Source: a virus
Virus record (IMG/VR): IMGVR_UViG_3300034175_000062
Span: 36,456-100,455 of that record
Reading direction: 5' to 3' (one strand)
Length of the DNA stretch: 64,000 nucleotides
Shown piece by piece: positions 1 through 8,721 of the stretch; position 1 is the first letter of the stretch, and every line of letters starts with the position of its first letter. The position numbers and the translations under genes are program-made. The notes beneath the pieces are model-generated. The model made no database searches. It worked only from the letters and a program-made list of their open reading frames with translations, and was not told where the DNA came from.

Positions 1-213
1 GACATTCTGCGCATCTTAGAAGAACAGGTTGCCGAACATAGTGCACGTAATGCTCGGATCATTGCAGCTATCGAAGAGCACAAACAACGCCTGATAGCTG
101 AAGGTCCAGAGGCATGTCTCGACTATCTGAACAAACTCGGCTTTACAAACATTCGGATCCAGCAGGAACAGGAGGAAGACTATGTCCCCACAGTTACAAC
201 GACTCAGCGGTGA
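1..213 (+). CDS. Partial hypothetical protein (3' end)
   Basis: Frame 1 open from window edge (DILRILEEQVAEH...TTTQR*), overlaps next ORF. Confidence 0.5.
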   Translation, partial: DILRILEEQVAEHSARNARIIAAIEEHKQRLIAEGPEACLDYLNKLGFTNIRIQQEQEEDYVPTVTTTQR

Positions 214-478
214 GATCCTCAATCTGATCTCGACGTTTCTCAAACATGGTCTGGTTACTCCTGAAGAGATCGGAACCGTACTGATCATCGACAAGAAGAC
301 CGAGAACGATCAGGCCAATTACACACGTATTCAGCGATTTTTGCTGGATAGCGATGTCTTCAGTGAGAAGTGCGGCTTCGAGATCACTGATCAAGACGCT
401 TACGAGACAATGTGCTCTGAACTGGCTACCGAGCTGCTCGAAAAATTTGTCATGGTGCCTATTGTTGAAAGCGGCTGA
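182..478 (+). CDS. Hypothetical protein
   Basis: 98 aa ORF with GGAGG RBS. Confidence 0.7.
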   Translation: MSPQLQRLSGEILNLISTFLKHGLVTPEEIGTVLIIDKKTENDQANYTRIQRFLLDSDVFSEKCGFEITDQDAYETMCSELATELLEKFVMVPIVESG

Positions 479-565
479 GTCGCGCTGAATACAAACTGTC
501 TTTATTCTGTGCGCCAGCTGAAAGCAACTGAACAATCAATCTGAACATTTCGGAAAATTCTGACT
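475..565. repeat. Helically phased CTG(A/T) repeats
   Basis: CTG at 475, 485, 496, 507, 518, 528, 541, 560 in a non-coding strand-convergence zone. Confidence 0.55.
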
Positions 566-712
566 AGCGCAAGGATTGAGGCTCCTTTTTGGATACCAAC
601 TCAATGGGAACCCATGGGGCCCCGCAGCGTTACACATTGCCACTTGCGACAAGGGTGCCACCCTTTCGGACGACACCCTTCAGTCATTGTCTGTGTGGGG
701 CGATGCCCTGGA

Positions 713-1048
713 TCAGACCAGGAGCATCATCCGGGCGTCGAACTCTTCCTCGGTCTCGGTGGGCTCGGGGAGGGCTGCGTCACCCAGGACGATGAAGCCC
801 TTGTCCGCGTCGTGGCGGATATCGTCCTGGCGGAGCCCGGCGTCGAAGGCGTCCTGGATGGTCTCGATGCCGGGGGCGAAGTAGCCCTGGAATCGCTCGT
901 AGCTCATCGTGCCCTTCTTCTTGGGGTTCTCGGCCACCACGACCTTCAGCGGGGTCAGGAGGTAGAGGTCCTTCTTCGTCATGGTCTCGCCTTCAGCAGC
1001 GGCCAGGGCGAGGATGGACTGGGCCCAGGTTGCGTTGGTGGTCGTCAT
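713..1048 (-). CDS. Hypothetical protein, NPK-motif family (paralog of 15291-15938)
   Basis: NPKKKGT..F..Y...TIQDAF..GLR.DD...D..KG.I.LGD; own promoter at ~1100-1130. Confidence 0.85.
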   Translation of the reverse strand: MTTTNATWAQSILALAAAEGETMTKKDLYLLTPLKVVVAENPKKKGTMSYERFQGYFAPGIETIQDAFDAGLRQDDIRHDADKGFIVLGDAALPEPTETEEEFDARMMLLV

Positions 1049-1280
1049 GGTGATTTCCCTTCCGTTTTGGAGAACCCCTTGTTCCCCTTTGATGTTACCA
1101 TTCTATACAATACGCAATGCGTTGTAAACGGTTATTTTGATCGAGGCGCAAGTCTTTCTGGCCATCTGAGAGCGATCAACCATGCATGGCACGCTCCTAC
1201 CATGGGACTCAGATCACCTCTGACGCCCTCAACTTTCTCCTTTACAAAGTGGATGTATCGACTTAGAATGGGCCATCATC

Positions 1281-1469
1281 CTAAGACAATTTCGGCCTGG
1301 TCTCCCAGTCGACCTTCTCCATCGCGTACCCCATGCGGTAGGCAGCGAGTCGATGATGGTCGAGATCGGGGTTACCGAGTGGCTTGCCGGCGAGGAAGTC
1401 CTCCTGTCCCTGCTTGTACGCGTCGTGTTCTGCTGGAGCGTCGTTCCGCGGCTTTACGCTGATATGCAT
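1281..1469 (-). CDS. Hypothetical protein
   Basis: MHISVKPR..., AGGAG RBS; start reassigned. Confidence 0.7.
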   Translation of the reverse strand: MHISVKPRNDAPAEHDAYKQGQEDFLAGKPLGNPDLDHHRLAAYRMGYAMEKVDWETRPKLS

Positions 1470-1699
1470 AGCGCTGTCTCCTGGTTGTGATAGACGGCGA
1501 TAGCGAGCGCCCAATACTGTAGCGACTCGTACGGCACGCCTTCGATCTCTTTCGGTACGCCCTGTGGACGCTGACCGTGGAAGATAATTGCCCACTGATC
1601 GTGGCCCATATATCGAGCCTGAGCGTAGAGGATCTTCTCGTCGTTGCTGACGAAGTGCAGCTGGTCTTCCTTGCGGATCCAGGTGATGCTAGTCGACAT
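1454..1699 (-). CDS. Hypothetical protein
   Basis: AGGAGG RBS after cassette promoter. Confidence 0.8.
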   Translation of the reverse strand: MSTSITWIRKEDQLHFVSNDEKILYAQARYMGHDQWAIIFHGQRPQGVPKEIEGVPYESLQYWALAIAVYHNQETALCISA

Positions 1700-1837
1700 C
1701 GTTATCCTCCTTGCCTTACCCTCTTATTCTATCATGAGATCAATGCCATGTAAAGGGCTATTTTAGCGCTCGCAATCAAGGCCACGCCATCAATGCCTAT
1801 CTAGACGCGCAATGCGCCCGCTGGTCGATCGATCGAT

Positions 1838-2029
1838 TCAGCTGTTATACTGCACAGACTCGATACAGTCGGCCGCGATAGTGAGAGTATCGAAGGGGCT
1901 GTTGCTCTTCGATGTGTCCATGACGACCTCGTTGTGCTCCTGGTGATAGGCGCTGATGTGTCCACGATACTCGGCACCGCTCTTGGTCCGGATGATGCAC
2001 TGTAGATCGAGAAGTGGGTTCAAACGCAT
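1838..2029 (-). CDS. Small hypothetical protein (possible Sm/SH3-like barrel)
   Basis: 63 aa, GGGAG RBS, IRTKSG.EYRG.I pattern. Confidence 0.7.
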   Translation of the reverse strand: MRLNPLLDLQCIIRTKSGAEYRGHISAYHQEHNEVVMDTSKSNSPFDTLTIAADCIESVQYNS

Positions 2030-2591
2030 TGCGCGCTCCCTAGCAGAAAAGTGGAGGGATTTTGCTCCCTTGATACACCCATTCTAATACGATTCGCAGT
2101 GAGTGTAAAGGACTATTTTTGATGCGCAATGCGCCGGCTGGCGTTTGTTCGATCCTGCAAGGGCGGATGTATAGGGTAGTCCTCATTGCGCCCTACGGAA
2201 CTACATTGCAGAACATTGCATCTGCATGGCGATTTCAATAGCGAAATATCCCGGGTCACTGAGTTCTTGCGAACAGCTGGTCGAACGCCGGGTTGAGTGA
2301 GGTGGGGTGTTTCGATAACAGGGATTAAATCCATGTCGTTCAGACACCATTGTTTTCTGATCATATACATCGCCTATTGACGTTTGTATGTACGTTGCAT
2401 TAGAGTAATGCATCAGCCCTACGTCGTCTATAGGAATATTGTACACGCGTCTACGCAGCGATGGATGTTTATTCTCCTATCGCTTATTAGCTATTAGATA
2501 TCGTGTATGATCGTCTGAGAAATAGACGCGTAAGTATCGTTTCTTGTTATAGAAAGATTGATGGTACGTCATGAAGACGAGATGGATGATG

Positions 2592-2819
2592 TTATCCCGG
2601 ATGACGACGGCTCCATTCGAGGAAGCTGATCGCTCGAGCATGCGGGTTCTGGATCAGGAAGGAGTCGCCACGATTACGGTCGCGGAAGAAGCCCCAGTAC
2701 CAGTACCAGTTGAAGCGATCGCCCTTTATCTCGAAGATGTCGCTGATCGTGAAGTCGCCGGTATTGAGGTCACCCTGGAATGCGACGACACGGATCGGCT
2801 TGTCGTGTTCTACGATCAT
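2592..2819 (-). CDS. Hypothetical protein
   Basis: ATGA-coupled to 2816-3019. Confidence 0.65.
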   Translation of the reverse strand: MIVEHDKPIRVVAFQGDLNTGDFTISDIFEIKGDRFNWYWYWGFFRDRNRGDSFLIQNPHARAISFLEWSRRHPG

Positions 2820-3019
2820 GCTACGTACTCCCCGGCTGCTTTTCTAGCTTCGACGCCACACTGATAGCAGCGAGTCTCGTCGCCTACCCGGTGTGCGTTA
2901 GGACGCGATTGGTTCATCTTCCCCACGTGGTCGCATTCTTCGAAGGAGACGAGGACGACACTAGGCGTCGCTTCGACTTTCTTCACGGTGCGAAAGATTC
3001 CACGAGGGTCGATTGACAT
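2816..3019 (-). CDS. Small putative Zn-binding protein
   Basis: ECDH...CYQC; promoter and RBS upstream. Confidence 0.75.
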   Translation of the reverse strand: MSIDPRGIFRTVKKVEATPSVVLVSFEECDHVGKMNQSRPNAHRVGDETRCYQCGVEARKAAGEYVA

Positions 3020-3040
3020 TTCCTGTCTCCTTATACGCTC

Positions 3041-3111
3041 ATTCTATACAGTCGGCGGAAAACGTCAACAAGAATGTTACCCTTGACGTTTGTTTTTCTG
3101 CGACTTAGTAT
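3041..3111. promoter_or_regulatory. Back-to-back promoter hairpin
   Basis: Leftward TTGACG-N16-TAGAAT; rightward TTGACG(3083)-N17-TAGTAT(3106). Confidence 0.75.
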
Positions 3112-3542
3112 GTGAGCTGATACCAGACGTCGACTTCTTCGATGAGCTGGGCTGGAGTCTTATCATCGATCGTCGTTTTGAAGATGGGAGCCGGTCCTAC
3201 ACCCGGAACGTGGATCGCGCTGTTCGCAGCGTAGTCCAGTTCGATGTTGTAGAAGAACTTGTGGTCGTACTGCCAGCTCTGGTCGTCGTAGAAGTCTGGG
3301 ATCGTGTGGCCATCCTCGATACCGACGACTCGATTGCGCTCCTCACCGTCCGCCTTGTGGTCGTGTTCGACGATGATCTGACGCTCGTTGCGTGGCGCAG
3401 GGAGGGCACCAGCACTGCCCATGATCGACGGGAAGATGATGCCCCGCACGGCAGCGTTAAAGTGGTCGCCGAAGACGCCATGATGCTCGGAACCCTCGTG
3501 GGCGCCGATAGCGCCGATGAGTGCTGGATGGTGTGCCGTCAT
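3105..3542 (-). CDS. Hypothetical protein
   Basis: 145 aa, AGGAG RBS, cassette promoter. Confidence 0.8.
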   Translation of the reverse strand: MTAHHPALIGAIGAHEGSEHHGVFGDHFNAAVRGIIFPSIMGSAGALPAPRNERQIIVEHDHKADGEERNRVVGIEDGHTIPDFYDDQSWQYDHKFFYNIELDYAANSAIHVPGVGPAPIFKTTIDDKTPAQLIEEVDVWYQLTY

Positions 3543-3596
3543 ACCTGTCTCCTTATACGCCTATTCTATCACGTGACGGGAAATCGTCAAGGACTA

Positions 3597-3842
3597 TTAT
3601 GACTCCTGCCTAATGACGAACTGTCGATCGAAGCCATTCGCTGCCAGATAGAGGAAGTCTGACGACATGCCGCCATGTTCACCCCACTCGATCGCTGGAT
3701 CGAAGTCGACATAGCCAGCCTCTTCGGCCTGCTTCTGACAGTACTCGATCGCTTCGCCGGGCGTGTCGAAGGTCTTCACCTCGTCGATACGTACGCCGAC
3801 CTTCGGGTCAAGATCGATGTTGACAAATGTGTAGCGGCGCAC
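3597..3842 (-). CDS. Hypothetical protein
   Basis: 81 aa, in operon. Confidence 0.75.
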   Translation of the reverse strand: MRRYTFVNIDLDPKVGVRIDEVKTFDTPGEAIEYCQKQAEEAGYVDFDPAIEWGEHGGMSSDFLYLAANGFDRQFVIRQES

Positions 3843-3844
3843 TA

Positions 3845-4072
3845 CTATTCATCCTTCTCGATCAGGGCGTAGATCGAGTTCCGGGTCTCGGCGTACTGAA
3901 CGCCGTCCTCTTCGAACATCGATACGACCGGCGACGTGATGATATAGTCGCCAGTCTCTGCGCCGGCTGCTTCCTGGTTGAGCATCGCCTTACCGCGGAT
4001 GCGATGATCGGCGTAGTGGCGATACTCCTTCCAGTTACGGAGGACGTTGACGATCTTCTTGCCGTTACGCAT
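3845..4072 (-). CDS. Hypothetical phage protein
   Basis: I.TSPV...AETRNSIY.L motif seen in myophage early proteins. Confidence 0.8.
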   Translation of the reverse strand: MRNGKKIVNVLRNWKEYRHYADHRIRGKAMLNQEAAGAETGDYIITSPVVSMFEEDGVQYAETRNSIYALIEKDE

Positions 4073-4253
4073 CGCGCTTTTCCCCGTTGCTGATGATGTG
4101 GACGACCTGCCACTTCTCGGTGTCGAAGATGACGAATTCCGAGGTGCCGAACTCTTTCGACGTTGCCATCGCGAAGCGGACTGCGTTGGCGTAGAGGCCG
4201 AAGCGGCCCCAGAGGACGAAGGGATTGTCCTTACGATATACGACTAGATGCAT
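4065..4253 (-). CDS. Hypothetical protein
   Basis: AGGAG RBS after promoter. Confidence 0.75.
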   Translation of the reverse strand: MHLVVYRKDNPFVLWGRFGLYANAVRFAMATSKEFGTSEFVIFDTEKWQVVHIISNGEKRDA

Positions 4254-4306
4254 AACCGCTCTCCTTATACACCCATTCTAATACGATACGCCATCCTTGT
4301 AAAGGA

Positions 4307-4567
4307 CTATCTTAGCGCCTCCGTGATCATATTGTACCGACCGCGACCGGCCGCCTTGACCGTCACCTTGTACTTCTTGCCCTCGATCTCGAACGCGAAG
4401 CCGAACGGACGCTTGTACGCCTTGATGCATGGGACGCCGGCGAACCTGGTCGCGGCAGCACGATACTCCTCGATGTCCTCGTACTGTTTCTCGTCCTGCC
4501 AGCGCTCGTACAGGTTGAGGACCCACGGCGCCTTCATGATCTCTTCGACCTTCGCAGGGAATGGCAT
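4307..4567 (-). CDS. Hypothetical phage protein
   Basis: LYERWQDEK.YED..EY...KRPFGF motif; GGAG RBS. Confidence 0.8.
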   Translation of the reverse strand: MPFPAKVEEIMKAPWVLNLYERWQDEKQYEDIEEYRAAATRFAGVPCIKAYKRPFGFAFEIEGKKYKVTVKAAGRGRYNMITEALR

Positions 4568-4569
4568 CG

Positions 4570-4689
4570 TTATTCTCCGATCTCGAACAGGGTGTTGATG
4601 AAGTTGGTGACGATGTTCGTCTTCGAGTCGATGATCAGGAGGGCGATAGCCGCCGAACCAATTGCCATGACTACTAGAAGCGTTCCCAT
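4570..4689 (-). CDS. 39-aa membrane peptide (not in ORF track)
   Basis: MGTLLVVMAIGSAAIALLIID..., GAGGG RBS directly after promoter. Confidence 0.65.
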   Translation of the reverse strand: MGTLLVVMAIGSAAIALLIIDSKTNIVTNFINTLFEIGE

Positions 4690-4714
4690 TGCCTATTCCC
4701 TCATTTGATAACCC

Positions 4715-4785
4715 ATTCTATCACGATACAGAAAAACGTCAAGGTATATTTCAACCTTGACGTTTGCTGTAGTTCGTGTTAGTCT
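4715..4785. promoter_or_regulatory. Back-to-back promoter hairpin
   Basis: AAACGTCAAGGT...ACCTTGACGTTT; leftward TAGAAT, rightward TTGACG(4757)-N17-TAGTCT. Confidence 0.8.
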
Positions 4786-5021
4786 TCGGTCTTAGTGATC
4801 AAAAATGGAGGCTCGAAGTCGGTATGTTCCGGAACGTGGTCGTTCAACCAGGCGATGATCTCGTCAGACTCACCTGAGACTGACTGAGTGTCCTCGTCGT
4901 AGTCTGGGTGGTGTACGAGGTAGCCATTGAACTCGTCGTTCAGATATTCGACGATCTCGGACTCGTTGCTGAAGTCCTCTTCGAAGTCCATCTCGTTGTC
5001 GTTGTGGACGATCTTGACCAT
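4779..5021 (-). CDS. Very acidic small protein (candidate DNA mimic)
   Basis: 80 aa, 24 D/E vs 2 K and 0 R; AAGGAG RBS. Confidence 0.8.
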   Translation of the reverse strand: MVKIVHNDNEMDFEEDFSNESEIVEYLNDEFNGYLVHHPDYDEDTQSVSGESDEIIAWLNDHVPEHTDFEPPFLITKTED

Positions 5022-5080
5022 GCTACTATTCTCCTTACAGGAATATACTAACACGATAGCCAGAAATGTCAATAACTAAG

Positions 5081-5320
5081 TTAGTCGACCTCCATGAAGA
5101 AGGAGATGATGACCTTCTCGTCTGCAGGCCCGCTGTCGATGACCTCTCTGTCCATGAGCAGATCGACCTCGTCCTCCTGGAGTCCGAGTTCCCGGCGACA
5201 GTACCGAAGCGCTTCAGCGAATCGTGTGAAGACCTTGATCTCGGCCTTGTTGTAGCCGCCGCCGATCAGCTCGGGCTGGTGGTTGACCGTCTCCTGCGAG
5301 ACTACAGTGTACCTCTTCAT
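5081..5320 (-). CDS. Hypothetical protein
   Basis: ATGA-coupled to 5317-5673. Confidence 0.75.
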   Translation of the reverse strand: MKRYTVVSQETVNHQPELIGGGYNKAEIKVFTRFAEALRYCRRELGLQEDEVDLLMDREVIDSGPADEKVIISFFMEVD

Positions 5321-5673
5321 TTCGTCACCTTCTTTCTGAGTGGTCGTGGGATCACATTGCGCGGATTGTCGACGCGACAGGCGGTGCCACGACCACGATC
5401 GCTATCACGATTATATCGCCAGCCGGTGGTGTGCTCTTCGCCATCGAGCATGACCGTTTCTCCATCGCTGAAGCGGACACATTCGTATTTGCCGATCTCG
5501 ATGCAGGTGACCTCAGTGCCATCGAGGCACTTGTACGTCTCACCGAGAACGAATGGCTCGGTCGGGTTATCGCGACGATGATCGTGGTATGCTTTCGACA
5601 ACGCCATGTATGCGATATACGCATCGCCGGTGAGGGCTTCATCCTCGATGTAGAGCGTAACCGTAACCGTCAT
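5317..5673 (-). CDS. Hypothetical protein
   Basis: AGGAG RBS after promoter. Confidence 0.8.
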   Translation of the reverse strand: MTVTVTLYIEDEALTGDAYIAYMALSKAYHDHRRDNPTEPFVLGETYKCLDGTEVTCIEIGKYECVRFSDGETVMLDGEEHTTGWRYNRDSDRGRGTACRVDNPRNVIPRPLRKKVTK

Positions 5674-5743
5674 ACCCTGTCTCCTTATACACCCATTCTA
5701 TAACGATTGGGCCACATTGTAAAGGCATTTGTTTGCCTTGACA

Positions 5744-6118
5744 TTACCGCCAGATCGGATAGAGTGTATCGGTGAGCATGTTGATGTCCTCGAGGATCGT
5801 GTCTCGCTGGTGATCGACTTCTTCCAGTGCGCCTCTCTCAGATTGATCCAGAGTGCCCTCTTCATGCTTCACCATGAGCTCCTCCCAATACGGAGTAATC
5901 TCACTCAGAAGGGCATTCAGCTTATCGATTTTACCCTTTGCTTCCTTCTTAGCAGCAGCCTTATCCGCCCTCTCCTGCCTCTCCCAGATCTTCTTCGTCC
6001 TGGCTCGCTCTTGCTCGGCCTCACGTTGACGCTTGATAGCGCCCGAACGGAGTGCGACGAGGTTTGCGTTGGCCTGGCGCCGAAGCTGCACGACGTCTGT
6101 TTGCTTCCAGTACATCAC
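5744..6118 (-). CDS. Coiled-coil hypothetical protein
   Basis: 124 aa, charged and helical. Confidence 0.75.
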   Translation of the reverse strand: MMYWKQTDVVQLRRQANANLVALRSGAIKRQREAEQERARTKKIWERQERADKAAAKKEAKGKIDKLNALLSEITPYWEELMVKHEEGTLDQSERGALEEVDHQRDTILEDINMLTDTLYPIWR

Positions 6119-6402
6119 AGGCTCGCATCGATACGGTGGATGGTGTACGAATGAGCCCGCTTATCGGCCCGGTCGGTACGCTCGTGGTCGTCGATCTTCT
6201 TCTCGATCTCATCGAACGAGTTGCCGATGAACATGATGCCGTAGACGTAGCACCAGAAGAACGTCGTGTTGTCCGTCCGGAAGAAGAAGCCGCCCATCGT
6301 GCAGTGGTAGACGTACTTAGCGTCCTTATCGCCGTAGACGTGCTCCGGGATCATCGGCCAGCCGATACGTTCCGCGTTCTCTGGGGTGTTAAGATAGAGC
6401 AT
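6115..6402 (-). CDS. Hypothetical protein
   Basis: AGGAG RBS after promoter. Confidence 0.8.
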   Translation of the reverse strand: MLYLNTPENAERIGWPMIPEHVYGDKDAKYVYHCTMGGFFFRTDNTTFFWCYVYGIMFIGNSFDEIEKKIDDHERTDRADKRAHSYTIHRIDASL

Positions 6403-6459
6403 CTCAATCTCCTTATAAAGAGATACTATAACGATTGGGCAGAAACGTCAAGGGCTATT

Positions 6460-6927
6460 TTACCCTTGACAAATGAAGTTAGGGACATACTCCTTCTGGT
6501 AGAGGATCTTCTCGATGACTGCACGATCACGATTGACCCATTGCTGATTGCTCAGGACGAGATAGTACTCCTTCGTCTCTGGCAGGAACTGGATGAAGTA
6601 GCGATCGACGTACTTGTAGCCGGACGATGTATCGCCTTCATCGATGCCGTAGCACTCAGCGAAGTCCTTGTCGCTCTGATCGACGAGCTTCTCCGTCATC
6701 CTGAACTCCTCGAAGGAGAGCGGCGTCAGGCCGAAGGTCATCTGCATGATGTCGTAGAGCCGCGCCAGCGATGCGTTCGAGAGGGCGTGGACCTTATTGC
6801 GTGCTTCCTTCGCCATCAGATAGGCGTCGGTCTTCGGCATGCTGTCGGTCTTGTAGTAGAGCTGCAAGTCGTCGAACATGTTCTGGACTTTGATCGCCTT
6901 CTGATAGGTATCGAGTTCCTTACGCAT
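6460..6927 (-). CDS. Hypothetical protein
   Basis: MRKELD..., AGGAG RBS; start reassigned. Confidence 0.8.
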   Translation of the reverse strand: MRKELDTYQKAIKVQNMFDDLQLYYKTDSMPKTDAYLMAKEARNKVHALSNASLARLYDIMQMTFGLTPLSFEEFRMTEKLVDQSDKDFAECYGIDEGDTSSGYKYVDRYFIQFLPETKEYYLVLSNQQWVNRDRAVIEKILYQKEYVPNFICQG

Positions 6928-6955
6928 GGTGTTCTCCTTGCCTCTTGATACACCC

Positions 6956-7026
6956 ATTCTAATACGATACACAGAAACGTCAAGGCATATTTTTACCTTG
7001 ACGTTTGTTGTGGACTGTATTAGACC
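6956..7026. promoter_or_regulatory. Back-to-back promoter hairpin
   Basis: AAACGTCAAGG...CCTTGACGTTT; rightward TTGACG(6998)-N17-TAGACC. Confidence 0.7.
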
Positions 7027-7319
7027 GATTCAGCTAACCAAGTCTCAACGCGATGCACTAGCTCGAGGCGAGGGATCTTCGACCCGCCCATGATCACCAG
7101 CGTATTTTCTGGTCCGACCGGAGAGACGAACTGAGCGACATCAGCCTCATCGTCTACGTCGATCACACAGAAGCCGTGAGTGACGCCGCTATCGCCGGTA
7201 TAAGCCGGGATGCCGTTGTTCTCGGCTTCGGAGTCGAATGGGACGTCCTCTACATGCTCATAGACGAGCTTGCCGAGTGTAGCGTTCCAGGTGTAGCTGA
7301 AGATGGCGTGTAATCGCAT
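7020..7319 (-). CDS. Hypothetical protein
   Basis: 99 aa in operon. Confidence 0.75.
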   Translation of the reverse strand: MRLHAIFSYTWNATLGKLVYEHVEDVPFDSEAENNGIPAYTGDSGVTHGFCVIDVDDEADVAQFVSPVGPENTLVIMGGSKIPRLELVHRVETWLAESV

Positions 7320-7323
7320 GTCG

Positions 7324-7620
7324 TTATCCTATGATCTGGCCGGTGTCGGCGTCGATTGCCCGGACAGTTCCCGGAATGTTCTGCGAGGCGAGGTGGTCAG
7401 TCCTCCAACCAGCGTCCTTGTAGGAGCAGCGAATGACGCCGACCCAACGACCATCTGAGCCCCGTCGCTGGATCTCGGCCTTACGACCGCCTACGACCTG
7501 TGGCGTGTAACTGCCACGACTGCTCTTACCGAACAGCTTCTGGAACAGCATGACGACCATGGCGAGGACGAAACAGACGAGGCTTAGAGCAAAGTATTCC
7601 ATTGGACTTCTCCTTGACAT
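7324..7620 (-). CDS. Membrane-anchored hypothetical protein
   Basis: N-terminal hydrophobic helix. Confidence 0.75.
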   Translation of the reverse strand: MSRRSPMEYFALSLVCFVLAMVVMLFQKLFGKSSRGSYTPQVVGGRKAEIQRRGSDGRWVGVIRCSYKDAGWRTDHLASQNIPGTVRAIDADTGQIIG

Positions 7621-7626
7621 TCGTTC

Positions 7627-7911
7627 TCAGGCAGGATAGCCTATATTCCCATCAACCAGCTTGCTCTCATCGATCCCGTACATCATTTCGACGGGAATTC
7701 CGGTGATCGTCAGCTGATAGTCAGGCGAAGGAAATGCGATACGGAGTTGCGCCATCAGGGCGATCAGGTGACCGTGGTCGCTATTGGGAGTCAGCACCCG
7801 GGTGTAGTGATAGTACTGGGGTGCTGTGTTGTTCCAATTGCGACCCTTCGCTTTGGCCACGTTGACCTCGAAGTTCTTGATGAGCGGCAGCTTCTCCATG
7901 ATCTTCTCCAT
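7627..7911 (-). CDS. Hypothetical protein
   Basis: AAGGA RBS after promoter. Confidence 0.75.
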   Translation of the reverse strand: MEKIMEKLPLIKNFEVNVAKAKGRNWNNTAPQYYHYTRVLTPNSDHGHLIALMAQLRIAFPSPDYQLTITGIPVEMMYGIDESKLVDGNIGYPA

Positions 7912-7996
7912 CCGTCCTTATAGAGAGATACTAACACACCCGAGGGAAAATGTCAAATGGCGTGCCTACCATACGATAAGCACGCCATTCAATGGA

Positions 7997-8656
7997 TTAT
8001 GCGGTCGCGTAGATGACGGACCGCTTTCTCAGTCCGTACGCCATCATGCCGAAGCCGATCAGCATCATCGCCCAGGTCGAGGGTTCCGGGACAGCTGATG
8101 CGGTGTCGTAGACATATGTCACGGTGGACGAGATGTAATATCCCGTGCCGTGCAGATATGTCGGCTGCAGCGCGGTGCCGTCGAGTGACCCGAAGTTCAG
8201 CGAAGGAGCGCTATAGATGCTGATGAAGTCATCGTCACCCTTGCTTATGAACTGATCGATGAAGTCGCCGGTGAAGATCGATTTCACGTTGCCGCCGAAG
8301 CTGACGACCGCAGTCTCGGGATTCGCGAAATAGCTGTCAGCGATCTTGTCGATCTTGACAGATCCATAGAGCGAGTCGCCCATGGTCCCGACGATATGAA
8401 CCGCCGGACCCATGATCGGTTCATAAGCGCTGATCGATGGCATATCGAATGGTTGATATGCCGCGAACGAGAAGCTCCCGTCATAGTAGTTGTCGAAGCT
8501 GACGCTCTTCAGTGTCCCCAGCCTGCTGTCGAACTTCGACAGATAGACGGACGACGGTCCGTATTGGTATTCGGACTTCTTCATCTCCTCAGCCACAGCT
8601 GGTGCTGCGACCATGGAAAGCGAAGCGCAAATAATCAGGATGCCATGTCGAAACAT
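7997..8656 (-). CDS. PEPxxWA-CTERM sorting-domain surface protein (choice-of-anchor-E-like N-domain)
   Basis: Signal peptide MFRHGILIICASLSMVAAPAVA; KFDSRLGTLKSVSF; C-term VPEPSTWAMMLIGFGMMAYGLRKR. Confidence 0.92.
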   Translation of the reverse strand: MFRHGILIICASLSMVAAPAVAEEMKKSEYQYGPSSVYLSKFDSRLGTLKSVSFDNYYDGSFSFAAYQPFDMPSISAYEPIMGPAVHIVGTMGDSLYGSVKIDKIADSYFANPETAVVSFGGNVKSIFTGDFIDQFISKGDDDFISIYSAPSLNFGSLDGTALQPTYLHGTGYYISSTVTYVYDTASAVPEPSTWAMMLIGFGMMAYGLRKRSVIYATA

Positions 8657-8721
8657 AATATATTCCTTTCTTATCACCAATCTAGTTGGTATAGTAATAC
8701 TATAACGATTGAAGGAAAATG

